Shown here one piece after another: positions 53,401 to 63,117 of a stretch of 64,000 nt of DNA. The notes beneath the pieces were generated by a model that was not told the DNA's origin, ran no database searches, and saw nothing but the letters and a program-made list of their open reading frames with translations. Within the stretch, counting starts at the first letter, position 1, and each line of letters begins with the position of its first letter. A program made the translations under genes and the position numbers. This stretch comes from an uncultured Chloroflexia bacterium (GTDB lineage: Bacteria > Chloroflexota > Anaerolineae > B4-G1 > SLSP01): positions 1 to 64,000 of the forward strand of contig CAVVUS010000040.1 in the NCBI GenBank assembly GCA_963751345.1, given 5' to 3'.

Positions 53401-56049
53401 ATGTCAGACACGACGGTGAGCACACTCCTCTTCGCCGCGGCGGCGCTCTTCATGGCGGTAGGGCTCGTCACGCTGCACTTCGCGCCCAGCCCCCAGGGGC
53501 TTGACGTCTGGCATCTCCTGGCGGTTGGACTGGGCTGGGCGATCGCCTGGGGCGGTAGTGCGCGGCTTCTGAGCTCGCGCCGGGCAGAGTTCGATCGTAT
53601 CCTCCTGCCGCTCGTCGCGCTGCTCACCGGATGGGGACTTCTGATGCAGGCGCGTTTGGCGCCCGCGATGCTCTACCGGCAAGTGCTGTGGCTGCTGATC
53701 GGGTGCGGTGTGATGTGCGCAGCCGCGCTGACTCCCGGGCTCGCCCGACTGCTCCGCCGCTACCGCTATACGCTCCTGACAGTGGGAATCCTCCTGCTTG
53801 GGGCGACCCTCGTCTTCGGCGTCAACCCCTCCGGCTACGGTCAGGAGTTGTGGCTGGGCGCATTTGGTGTCTACGTGCAGCCATCGGAACCGCTCAAGCT
53901 CCTGCTGGTCATCTACCTGGCGGCTTACCTCTCCGATAAGCGAGACCTGCCAAAGACTAAGGCCGCAAACCGCCCTATATGGATGGCCGTGCTGGGGCCG
54001 ATGGCGGCCATGGTCGGCCTGGCGCTTCTTCTGCTGGGTTGGCAGCAGGACTTGGGCGCGGCGCTGCTCTTCTACCTCACGTTCGTGATGATGGTCTTCC
54101 TCGCGTGGGGGAACGGTTGGTACGTTCTGCTGAGCTTGGTCTTCTTCCTGCCGGTTGGTCTGGCGGGCTACCTGCTCTCTGCCAGGGTCGCCCTTCGCGT
54201 CAGCATCTGGCTAAATCCCTGGGCGCCCGCACAGGCCGATCGCGCTTTCCAGATCCTTCAATCGCTCTTCGCCTTTGGCGCGGGGGGACTTATCGGCCAG
54301 GGGCTGGGACAGGGCGCCCCCGGCTTGATCCCGGCGGTGCACACGGACTTTGTCTATGCGGCCCTCGCCGAGGAATTCGGGGCGTTTGGCACCATCGCAG
54401 TTCTCCTGTTGATGGCAGCCGTCGTCTACAGGGGAATCCGACTGGCGCAGCGGTCCGAATCCACGTTCGAATCATTGGTTGCAGGAGGGATCGCGGCCCT
54501 GATAGGCATTCAGACCTGGGTCATCGCGGGCGGCAACACCAAGCTAATCCCCATCACCGGCGTCACGTTCCCTTTCTTGAGCTACGGAGGCTCCTCACTT
54601 CTCACGATGCTGACCGCGGTAGGCCTCCTCCTGAATCTGTCGGCCCCCCACGCGCTGCCGCTCAGTCTGACGCTCGAGCCGAGTGCGAATCGGCCGCTGA
54701 GAGACACCGCCGGTCGCCTCGGCCAGGGCATGCTTATTCTGTTCGGGAGTCTCTCTCTGATCACCGGCCTGTGGTCATTGGTCCGCTCGCGAGAGCTACA
54801 GCAGTACCCCAGCAACCCACGGATCGTCCTCTCCGAAAGTCGCATACAACGGGGGAGAATCCTCGACCGTAACGGCAACAGCCTCGCAGACATCGTCCTG
54901 GATGACCAGGGCTACGTCACCCGGAGCTACCCGCTGCCCGAGGCCGCGCCGGTCATCGGGTTCTCGACGCTGGCTTACGGCACCGACGGCATCGAGGCGG
55001 CCTGCGATGCCCGGCTGCGTGGCGACGTCGGCTTGTCGGCGTGGGAGGGGTTGCGCCGGAGTCTGCTCCATATCGACCCGATCGGCCGTGACGTGCGGCT
55101 TACCATTGACGCCCGTCTTCAGGCGTACGCAGAGGATCGACTCCATGATCTTACCGGCGCCGTGGTCCTGGTAGATGCCCGTACCGGTGAGATCCTGGCG
55201 CTCGGGTCGTCGCCGGCCTACAACTCGGCAACGGTGGCAGAGGTGTGGCCGGAGCTGAGCGCCGCCGCGAATTCGCCCTTCCTCAATCGTGCGACACAGG
55301 GCCTCGCTCAGCCCGGCACGAGTCTCCAGCCTTTTATCCTGGCCTCGGCACTTCAGCAGGAGCCAACCCTTCAGCCGGCGGAACCGATCACGCAGTCTGT
55401 GACCTTCAATGGCATCACGGTCGCGTGCAGCGGTGTGCCCGCCGACGGCAGTTGGGGCGCTGCACTCAGCTCGGCCTGCCCCGCTCCCTTCAAGCAGGCA
55501 GCGCGCGGGATGGGCAGCGCCGCATTCACCGAAAGCCTCGCCCGCTGGGGATTCCTGGACGCGCCAACCCTCACCCTACCCACCGTGGCCTCAGACCTCC
55601 AGGAGCGGCCGCTTGAGCCTGCTGAGGAGGCCCTCGGGCAAGGGAACCTCCTGGTTACTCCCTTGCAGATGGCGCAGGCGATGGCCGCACTGGGTAACGA
55701 TGGGGTCCGTCCCGACTTGAGCGTACTGGACGCCCCACTGGACGGGTGTACGCCAACCGCGCCATCGTCCGGCGCGGGCGTCCGCGTAATAGACGCGGAG
55801 ACGGCGGAGCAGGTACGGCAGATGCTGGATACGTACCCTGGCGCCGTGGGGCACCTCGGCACATCTTTCGCCGGACCCGATCGCCAGCAAGCATGGTTCG
55901 TCGGCCTGAACTCAGCAAGCGTGCCACGCTATGCCGTCGCCGTCCTGATCGACCACATGGAGGATCCACAGCTCGCCGCAGAAATCGGCACGGATCTTCT
56001 CAGGCTGCTGCCCGAGCTCCAACGCACTGAGGCCACCGGCCCCGACTAG
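53401..56049 (+). CDS. FtsW/RodA (SEDS) glycosyltransferase fused to a degenerate penicillin-binding transpeptidase domain
   Basis: SEDS motifs QPSE..K, QDLG, PAVHTDF, PITGVTFPFLSYGGSS in frame with PBP motifs RGRILDRNG, LTIDARLQ, TGEILAL.S.P, LNRATQG, GQG.LLVTPLQMA. Confidence 0.85.
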   Translation: MSDTTVSTLLFAAAALFMAVGLVTLHFAPSPQGLDVWHLLAVGLGWAIAWGGSARLLSSRRAEFDRILLPLVALLTGWGLLMQARLAPAMLYRQVLWLLIGCGVMCAAALTPGLARLLRRYRYTLLTVGILLLGATLVFGVNPSGYGQELWLGAFGVYVQPSEPLKLLLVIYLAAYLSDKRDLPKTKAANRPIWMAVLGPMAAMVGLALLLLGWQQDLGAALLFYLTFVMMVFLAWGNGWYVLLSLVFFLPVGLAGYLLSARVALRVSIWLNPWAPAQADRAFQILQSLFAFGAGGLIGQGLGQGAPGLIPAVHTDFVYAALAEEFGAFGTIAVLLLMAAVVYRGIRLAQRSESTFESLVAGGIAALIGIQTWVIAGGNTKLIPITGVTFPFLSYGGSSLLTMLTAVGLLLNLSAPHALPLSLTLEPSANRPLRDTAGRLGQGMLILFGSLSLITGLWSLVRSRELQQYPSNPRIVLSESRIQRGRILDRNGNSLADIVLDDQGYVTRSYPLPEAAPVIGFSTLAYGTDGIEAACDARLRGDVGLSAWEGLRRSLLHIDPIGRDVRLTIDARLQAYAEDRLHDLTGAVVLVDARTGEILALGSSPAYNSATVAEVWPELSAAANSPFLNRATQGLAQPGTSLQPFILASALQQEPTLQPAEPITQSVTFNGITVACSGVPADGSWGAALSSACPAPFKQAARGMGSAAFTESLARWGFLDAPTLTLPTVASDLQERPLEPAEEALGQGNLLVTPLQMAQAMAALGNDGVRPDLSVLDAPLDGCTPTAPSSGAGVRVIDAETAEQVRQMLDTYPGAVGHLGTSFAGPDRQQAWFVGLNSASVPRYAVAVLIDHMEDPQLAAEIGTDLLRLLPELQRTEATGPD

Positions 56050-56095
56050 TCCCCAGATATCATAGTCAGTTTCTAACTCTGCGCTAGTTTTTGGT

Positions 56096-56123
56096 TTGAC
56101 AAGCCTTCATTTTCTAATATCAT
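56096..56123 (+). promoter_or_regulatory. sigma70-type promoter of the response regulator operon
   Basis: TTGACA (56096-56101), 16-nt spacer, TATCAT (56118-56123) in an AT-rich intergenic region. Confidence 0.6.
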
Positions 56124-56250
56124 AGAGTTAGAGTGTAGACGGACTCTGTCTGAACCCTGAACTCATCTGTACGTCTTGCCTGGCCGGGTTGAGGGACTGC
56201 CTTTGCCTGGCCGGTGATCGCCACCTAGCAGAGCTGTCGAGGAGCACGAT

Positions 56251-56952
56251 ATGAGCGAAACGATCCTTCTGATTGAAGACGATGAGGCACTGGCGCAGCT
56301 TGTGCAACTCCTGTTGGAACGCGCCGGGTACACCGTTCAGGCAGCGAACAGCGGCGAAGCTGGACTCAAGCTCGCTCGTGAGAGCCCACTGAATCTGGTC
56401 CTACTCGACATCCTGATGCCCGATATGGATGGATGGCACGTCTACGAGGCGCTCCGACGAATCACGGATGCGCCGGTGCTCTTCCTGACGGCCCTGGGCG
56501 ATGAGCACAACATTACGTACGGCCTGGGACTTGGGGCGGATGACTACATCGTGAAGCCCTTCGGCTACAAGGAGCTCGTAACCCGCGTCAAAGCCGCGCT
56601 TTCGCGCGCCCGGCGCGCACGTGGCGAGCAGACGGTTTTTGAAACGGGCACGCTCCAGGTCAACCTTGACACCCATGAGGTCAAGATCGACAGTCGCGAA
56701 GTCAGCCTTACGCCTACAGAATTCCAATTGCTCTCCGCGCTCGTCCAGGATGCCGGCCGTACCGTCACCCACGACACACTGCTCCGGCGGGTTTGGGGAC
56801 CCGAGTACTCAAATCGGCGTGATTACCTGAAACTCTACATCTGGTACCTGCGCCAGAAGATCGAGAAAGACCCACGTGACCCCGAGCGGATCATCAGCGA
56901 GCGCGGCCAGGGATACCGCCTGGTCGTCGAGCCGCAGGAGGTCGAGGCATAG
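56251..56952 (+). CDS. OmpR/KdpE-family response regulator (no adjacent kinase)
   Basis: LLIEDD, LLDILMPDMDG, FLTA, GADDYIVKPF, winged helix LTPTEF.LL, LRQKIE.DP, G.GYR. Confidence 0.93.
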   Translation: MSETILLIEDDEALAQLVQLLLERAGYTVQAANSGEAGLKLARESPLNLVLLDILMPDMDGWHVYEALRRITDAPVLFLTALGDEHNITYGLGLGADDYIVKPFGYKELVTRVKAALSRARRARGEQTVFETGTLQVNLDTHEVKIDSREVSLTPTEFQLLSALVQDAGRTVTHDTLLRRVWGPEYSNRRDYLKLYIWYLRQKIEKDPRDPERIISERGQGYRLVVEPQEVEA

Positions 56953-56955
56953 ACC

Positions 56956-59389
56956 GTGCTCCTCATGGAAGTGCTCCAATCGAGGGAGACCTGGCACTTC
57001 GACATCCGCTCGGCCATCATCGGGGCCATCCTCGCCTGGATCGTGGTCGGCGCTCTCTACAGCCAGCGTGTGGTCGTGCGCCGGGTTGCTCGCAACGTCT
57101 GGGAGCCGATCGCAGCTTGGCGCCGTAGGCTCAGGGCCAGCCAGGGAGAGAAATACGCAAGAGCCTTAGAGGAGACGCTCAGGCGTCTCCTGTTGCTTGA
57201 ACCCACGTCACCAGACCTCGTTCTCAGGTCACCTACGTACCAGGCGCTCGCCCCGCTGCCGACAAGTGTGGCAGAGGCTGCAACGGCCCCCCGTACCATG
57301 AGCGTGCCGCAGGCCGCGCTGCTGGCCGGGCATAACAGACTCGTTCTCACGGGAAGGCAGGGAACCGGTCGCACGTCAGCACTCATCATCACCGCGCGAG
57401 AGCTGATGAGCGCGGGGCGCGGCGAGGCCGATCGCCAGGCGCAGCGTCTGCCGGTGTGGATTGACCTGGCATGCCTCCCGCAGGCCAAGGTAAAGCGGAA
57501 GACGACGCCGGTGGACCAGCTTGTGGAGCTGGCGACAGCGTTTCTTCCGGAGGTGCTCCCATCGTGGCTCTCCCAGCGTCTGCGGCGGGAGCCGTGCGCC
57601 ATACTCATGGACAACTGGGAAGCATTGACCCAGGATCAGCGCATGCAAGTCGCCGGATGGATCCGTGACGCCAACGAGAGCTTCGACGACGTCGTCTGGA
57701 TTGTAGCGAGCGCACCGGAGGGCTACGGCCTGCTCGTAGAGGCAGGCTTCGTGCCCATCGAGCTTCGGACGGGCCTGGACAGGGCCAAGGTGTCTGGCCT
57801 ATATCAAGCCTGGCGCGAACTACTTGCCAAGGACGGTGCCCAGAGTGATGACGAGATCCCGGACGCCATCCTTGAGGCTGCGGATGCCGGGGCGCCCCTC
57901 TGGGAGCTTCACCTGCGATCGCTCGTGCATCTTGAGACCGGCGAGCTGCCGGAGCGACCGGTCGAAGTCATCGATCGCGCACTGCAGCTCAAAATGGAAG
58001 CCGTTGACCTCGGCCGCATGCCCGAGGATGCTGCCGTCCAGGCAAGGGAGATCGCTCTATTGGCCATGGTGAAGCTCGCCGTGGCGGAGCGGCTGGAGGG
58101 CCATGTCCTCTCGGAACAGGTGCTGCGCAGCACTATCGTGGCAAGTATGCCACCGAAGCCTGATCACGCGCGGCGATTGGAGGCCACGGTTCACAAGCTC
58201 TTGACCACGAGTGGTCTGCTGCGCGCAGAGGGCAAGGATTGGCGGATCGCGCATGGGATATGGGCGGACTACCTGGCGGCAATCCATATGGCCGAGAGCG
58301 AGGAGGGGAATGCCGAGGTCGAGGAGCACCTGGATGACCCGACCTGGGACATGCTTACTGAACTCTACGCAGGGATGGCAGATGTTGGGGCTATGGTCCA
58401 GACGCTGGCCAACCAAGCCGCAGTAGAGGCTGATGAGTGGCCCTTGCTGCGGGCGGCGCGCTGGGGAGTCTCGGCCGACCCGGGACAGCCCTGGCGCAAA
58501 GCTCTCAACAAAGTGCTCGCCCAGGCTTTCATGCGTGAGACGCTGGATACGAGAGAGCCGGCTGGAGCTCACCCACGCACTGGCATCGGTCGCCGGCGAT
58601 GGGGCACGGGCGTTCTTCGTTCGAATGCTGCGACAGTCGGCCCCAGGTCTTCGCGCCGCATCACTGCGTGGATTGGGCTGGTGCGGCGAGACCCACGATA
58701 TGGCCGTTCTCGCTGCGGCGCTGCGCGATCAGGACCAGGGCATTCGCGAGAGCGCCGTCAAGGCGCTGCGGGATCTGGGCACCCCTGGCGCCGTCGCTTA
58801 TTTGGTCGAGAGCCTGCCCCAGGTGGACGAGACGCTGATGCCCGTCATCGCCGAGGCCCTTGCAGCGTCACCGGAGGGCGAACGAGCTCTCGACGAAGCC
58901 GTCAGACACCCAGATCTTCTCGTGCGACGGGCGGCAGCCCTCGGTCTCGGTCACGTCAGTGACGCTTGGGCGAGAGAACGGCTGTTGGAGATTGCGCGCG
59001 AGGACGCGGAATGGCTCGTGCGCTCAGCGGCAGAGACGGCCCTGCAGAGGCTCGACGAACACGCACAACGCCAGGTCAGGATACCGCCGCAGCCGCAGCC
59101 CGACCAACTCGACTGGCTCATGGGATGGGCAGCCCGCCAGGGCAGCGGGTTGGGCGTCGGAGACGCGGCCATGCAGATGTTGGTGCGCGCTGCACGTGAA
59201 GGCAATGTCGACGCCAAGGTTCTGAGCGCTCTTACGCTGGCCCAAATCGGCAGAGAGGATGATCTGCGGGCATTGGAGCCCCTTCTGGGAGATCCGGATC
59301 TCGCTGTGAGCCAGACAGCAGCTTGGGCCACTCGGAGGATTAGGAAGCGCTATCGGCTCGCCGAGACGCTGATGACATCGGGCGACTGA
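56956..59389 (+). CDS. membrane-anchored NACHT-like P-loop plus HEAT-repeat protein, frameshift near 58555
   Basis: N-terminal TM, LVLTGRQGTGRTS, RLPVWIDL, ILMDNWE, YLAAIH, then HEAT repeats (IRESAVKAL, VRRAAALGLG, VRSAAETAL). Confidence 0.72.
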
Positions 59390-59437
59390 TATGCGCGGCG
59401 TATTGGGCGGACGAGCCGGTTCGCCCGCGCGCGAACG

Positions 59438-60235
59438 TTACGCCGTCTCAGGCTGCCAGGTGACTACGTGTCCATCCCCGGATAGGATCTCGCGGGCCAG
59501 TGCCATATAGGCCACGGCGCCCTGCGAACGTGGTGCATAGCAGACGCCGGGCTCCCCGTAGCTCGGTGCTTCGCTCAGGCGCACACTTCGGGGAATGACC
59601 GAAGCGAAGACGCGCTTTGGGAAGTACCGTCGGACCTCCTCCACAACTTCGTGCGCCAGCGATGTGCGTCGATCGTACATCGTCATCACGACCCCACGAA
59701 GCGCCAGGTTCTTATTGAGGGCACGCTGCACCAATGTGATCGTGTGCGTGAGCTGGGTCAAGCCCTCAAGCGCGAGATACTCGCACTGGACCGGGACGAT
59801 CACGCCCTGAGCTGCCACCAAGGCGTTCACGGTGAGCACACCCAGGCTGGGGGGGGAGTCAATCAAGAGATAGTCATAGCCCTCGACCGACGCCAGAGCT
59901 GTCGCAAGTCGTGCCACCCGCAGATGCGCAGGCTCGGAGTTCAGCTCAACCGAGGCCCCGGCCAGACCGGGCGTGCTGGGCACCAGCGACAGGCCGTCCC
60001 ACCGCGTGGCCCGCTCGATCTCGGCAATCGAGGTATCCCCGACGAGCGCATCATAGATCGAGGAGTCCAGCGAGCGCGCGTCCAGGCCCAGACTCGTCGT
60101 GGCATTGCACTGAGGATCGATATCGACGACCAGCACACGAAAGCCCCAGCCCGCCATCGCAGCAGCCACGTTAACGACGGTCGTGGTCTTGCCCACACCG
60201 CCCTTCTGGTTCGCGAACGCATAGCGTAGCGTCAT
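59438..60235 (-). CDS. parA: ParA/Soj family ATPase
   Basis: ANQKGGVGKTTT, DIDPQCNAT, IDSPPSLG, PVQCEYLALEG, IPRSVRLSEAPSYG. Confidence 0.92.
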   Translation of the reverse strand: MTLRYAFANQKGGVGKTTTVVNVAAAMAGWGFRVLVVDIDPQCNATTSLGLDARSLDSSIYDALVGDTSIAEIERATRWDGLSLVPSTPGLAGASVELNSEPAHLRVARLATALASVEGYDYLLIDSPPSLGVLTVNALVAAQGVIVPVQCEYLALEGLTQLTHTITLVQRALNKNLALRGVVMTMYDRRTSLAHEVVEEVRRYFPKRVFASVIPRSVRLSEAPSYGEPGVCYAPRSQGAVAYMALAREILSGDGHVVTWQPETA

Positions 60236-60242
60236 CTCTTGG

Positions 60243-61151
60243 CTACAGGTCCCCGCGCAGATGGAGACCCCGGCAGATCTCCACGTCAGCCGAACCGGGT
60301 ACCCCTTCGGGCCCAACCCGCGCGACGGATCTGGACGCCAGGCATGCAGCGAAGTGGGCCGCCTGCACGGGGGGGACTCCTGACGAAACGGTGTCAAACA
60401 GCGCCGCCGCAAAGATGTCGCCGGCACCGGTGGGATCGACCTCCGCTACCTGCAGCGCCGGAAAAGGATTCGGAACGCCATCGAGGAAGACGATGCCGCC
60501 CCTGGCCCCCATCGTGACGACAAGCAGGTGGGTCAATCCGGCTATCCGCTTGGCTTTCTGCCAGTTCCCCTGGACGTCATCCAGGCTGAATACTACCGCT
60601 GATGCCCTGTGCAGTGCGGCTTCCTCGACACACCACGCATGGGGATGCACTCGACCCTCGCCGTTCTGGGACCGCATCCATCCCTGAGGCGTGATACCGA
60701 CAAAGGTGCGATCCGAGAAGGATGTGATCAGATCCGGACTGCACTCGCCAATGACCGGACCGATGTGCGCGACGCGTGGGCTTCGCCAGCTCGCGGGCAC
60801 TGACGCCCCGGAGAGGGGACTGGCCAGTCCGTGGACGCGCTGAGAGCGACTGCCATTCACGTAGGTGTTCGTAAAGGTCGTCGTCATGGCGGCTCGCTCG
60901 CAGGACACGGAGATCGAACCGTTGAATATGGAGAAATCAAAGTCTGTGCCGGCGCTCGTCAGAATCCCGACGGAACGACGAAGCGCAGCCACCGTCAACG
61001 CAGCATACGATACCGTTCCCCCGATGGCATACGTATCATCGGACAGCACGTCGTGTGTGACGTGACCGATGGCCAGGTAGTCGAGGGGCGCTACCACCCC
61101 ATCACAGTCCGTGGGGATATGCCATACGTCAACTGGCACCGAGGCGAGCAA
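60243..61151 (-). CDS. PfkB family carbohydrate kinase
   Basis: IGHVTHD, GGTVSYAA, TPQGWMR, VTMGARG, DPTGAGDIFAAA; start uncertain. Confidence 0.8.
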   Translation of the reverse strand: MLASVPVDVWHIPTDCDGVVAPLDYLAIGHVTHDVLSDDTYAIGGTVSYAALTVAALRRSVGILTSAGTDFDFSIFNGSISVSCERAAMTTTFTNTYVNGSRSQRVHGLASPLSGASVPASWRSPRVAHIGPVIGECSPDLITSFSDRTFVGITPQGWMRSQNGEGRVHPHAWCVEEAALHRASAVVFSLDDVQGNWQKAKRIAGLTHLLVVTMGARGGIVFLDGVPNPFPALQVAEVDPTGAGDIFAAALFDTVSSGVPPVQAAHFAACLASRSVARVGPEGVPGSADVEICRGLHLRGDL

Positions 61152-61186
61152 TTGCAGACATGATGCTGGCCATCGCGGCCATCATC

Positions 61187-62174
61187 CTACCGCTTATCGG
61201 TTTCCGACTTGGATACGGGGATAATCGTCACAGCACGATCCCGCCCGTTGCCGACACTCTCAGTGGAAACCCGATCGTCGTCACGCAGAACGATATGGAT
61301 GATACGTCGTTCGTGAGCGGGCATCGGACGAAGGCGTACCGTCTGCCCTTCCTCCACCGCCTGATCAGCCTTCGCCTGCGCCATCGACTCTATGCTCCGG
61401 CGACGGCGTCTACGATAGCCATCAGCGTCGACCACGACATTGTAGTCACCATCGAGACGATGGTATATCAGTGCACGGAAGAGGTACTGAACGGAGTGCA
61501 GATTTCGCGCACGCGGTCCGACCAGCGCATCCGCATCCTTGCCGGAAAGAGAAACCCAGAGCGTCGGGCGATCCTCATCGATCCATTCCACAGTTGCCGT
61601 GACATCCATACCCGGAAGCATATGGGCCATGATGTCCTCAGCGATGGTCTGTCAGCCGGTCACGGTCCAGGCCATCAGACACAGGTGTGCTCTGTGGGGG
61701 CACCGCCTGACGCGGTCTAGGCTCGCGAACCGTCTCGGCACCCCGATCAGAACGGCTTGGGGCTTCCGTTTCGCCACCGACGGGCGCCGTCTTCGGAGCG
61801 ACAGGTGCTGATCTCTCAACGGCAACCGCAGCAGCTGGGGTTTCACCGGCGGCGACCGGCGACACAACCGGAGCGGCTTCCTGAACTGGCTCCGGCATCT
61901 CCGGCGCCTGTGGCTCCGTCGCGGTTGTCTGCACGGCGGCTGCAGGACCGGATGCCGGTCGGGCCGCGGGTGCCTCCATCGTCACCGGTCGCTGCGGAGC
62001 ACGCACAAGGCGCACCTTTGCCTCACGTGACCCGATGCCGAGGAACCCGTGACTGCCTTCATCCAGGACCTCGATCTCTACCTCATCACGCGTCGCCATA
62101 AGCCGGGTCAGCCCGACAATGATCGCTTCCTCTACTGAGGGGGCCGACACCTCAACTGAATCATCTGATCCCAT
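61187..62174 (-). CDS. jag: RNA-binding protein Jag/EloR (KhpB), frameshift near 61640
   Basis: Jag_N domain (SVEEAI..GL..L...EIEVLDEGS.GFLGIG), low-complexity linker, KH domain, R3H domain (PMPAHERRIIH). Confidence 0.88.
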
Positions 62175-62299
62175 CTATACATCCTCCTGCACACGTAATG
62201 GCACCCAAGTGCCAATCCGGAGTACGATTCATAGCCTGGCCATAACCGTGACGGACTAGCTGACACTACCGCCGCCTGAGGGCCCGTCCACCTACCGTC

Positions 62300-63079
62300 T
62301 TAGCCCTTCGAAGCCGCTGCTCGCTTCGGCGACCTCTGGGGAGCTTTCTGGCTCCCCGAATCATTCGTAGGTGCAGCCGTCGCGTAGTGCCGCCGGAAGA
62401 GGAAATACTGCAGAACGCCGACCAGGTTCGAGATCAAGAAGTAAATGGCCAGCCCCGATGCATACGTGGCCGAGAAGAACCCGGTCATCAGTGGCATCAT
62501 AATCATCATCTGCTTGCTCATCGCTGCCGCCTGTGGATCTGCAGAAGGCGGCGTCAGCAGCTTCTGATAATACCACGAGGTGATCACCACGAGCACGGGC
62601 AGCACGTAGAACGGATCCGGCAACGCCAGGTCCAGCCACAGGAATTGGCTCCGCAGGGGGAGCAGCGTGCTGAGGCTTGGGATCCACCGGTAAATGTCAC
62701 TGGGCAGCGCCAGCAGTTGCAGCGGCGTGGCAGCCAGGACGCGGATGATCGCCTGATACAGACCGATCATCAGAGGAAGCTGGATGACCAGCGTCAAACA
62801 CCCGCCGAGGGGGTTGATGCCGGCCTCACGGTACAGCTTCATCTGCTCCTGGGACAGCTTCTCCCGATCGTCTTTGTATTTCTTCTGAAGCTCATCCAGC
62901 TTCGGCTTCAGCTCCTGCTGCTGCTTAGCGCCCTGCTGCTGTTTCAGCTGTAGCGGCGTGAGGGCCAACCGCAGAAGCAGGGTCACCATAGCCACGGCAA
63001 CGATCGTCTGCTGACCGAGAAACTTGTAGAGCAGCAGCATTAGGTTGATAACGGGTTGTATCAGGACAGCATTAAACAC
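62300..63079 (-). CDS. yidC: membrane protein insertase YidC/Oxa1
   Basis: TLLLRLAL.PL, ELQKKYK, MKLYREAGINPLGGCL, QLP....LY, FLWLDL..PD, GLAIYF..SN. Confidence 0.93.
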   Translation of the reverse strand: MFNAVLIQPVINLMLLLYKFLGQQTIVAVAMVTLLLRLALTPLQLKQQQGAKQQQELKPKLDELQKKYKDDREKLSQEQMKLYREAGINPLGGCLTLVIQLPLMIGLYQAIIRVLAATPLQLLALPSDIYRWIPSLSTLLPLRSQFLWLDLALPDPFYVLPVLVVITSWYYQKLLTPPSADPQAAAMSKQMMIMMPLMTGFFSATYASGLAIYFLISNLVGVLQYFLFRRHYATAAPTNDSGSQKAPQRSPKRAAASKG

Positions 63080-63117
63080 GATGCAATCTCCTAGTCAGTT
63101 CATCAAGTCCGGTGCAC

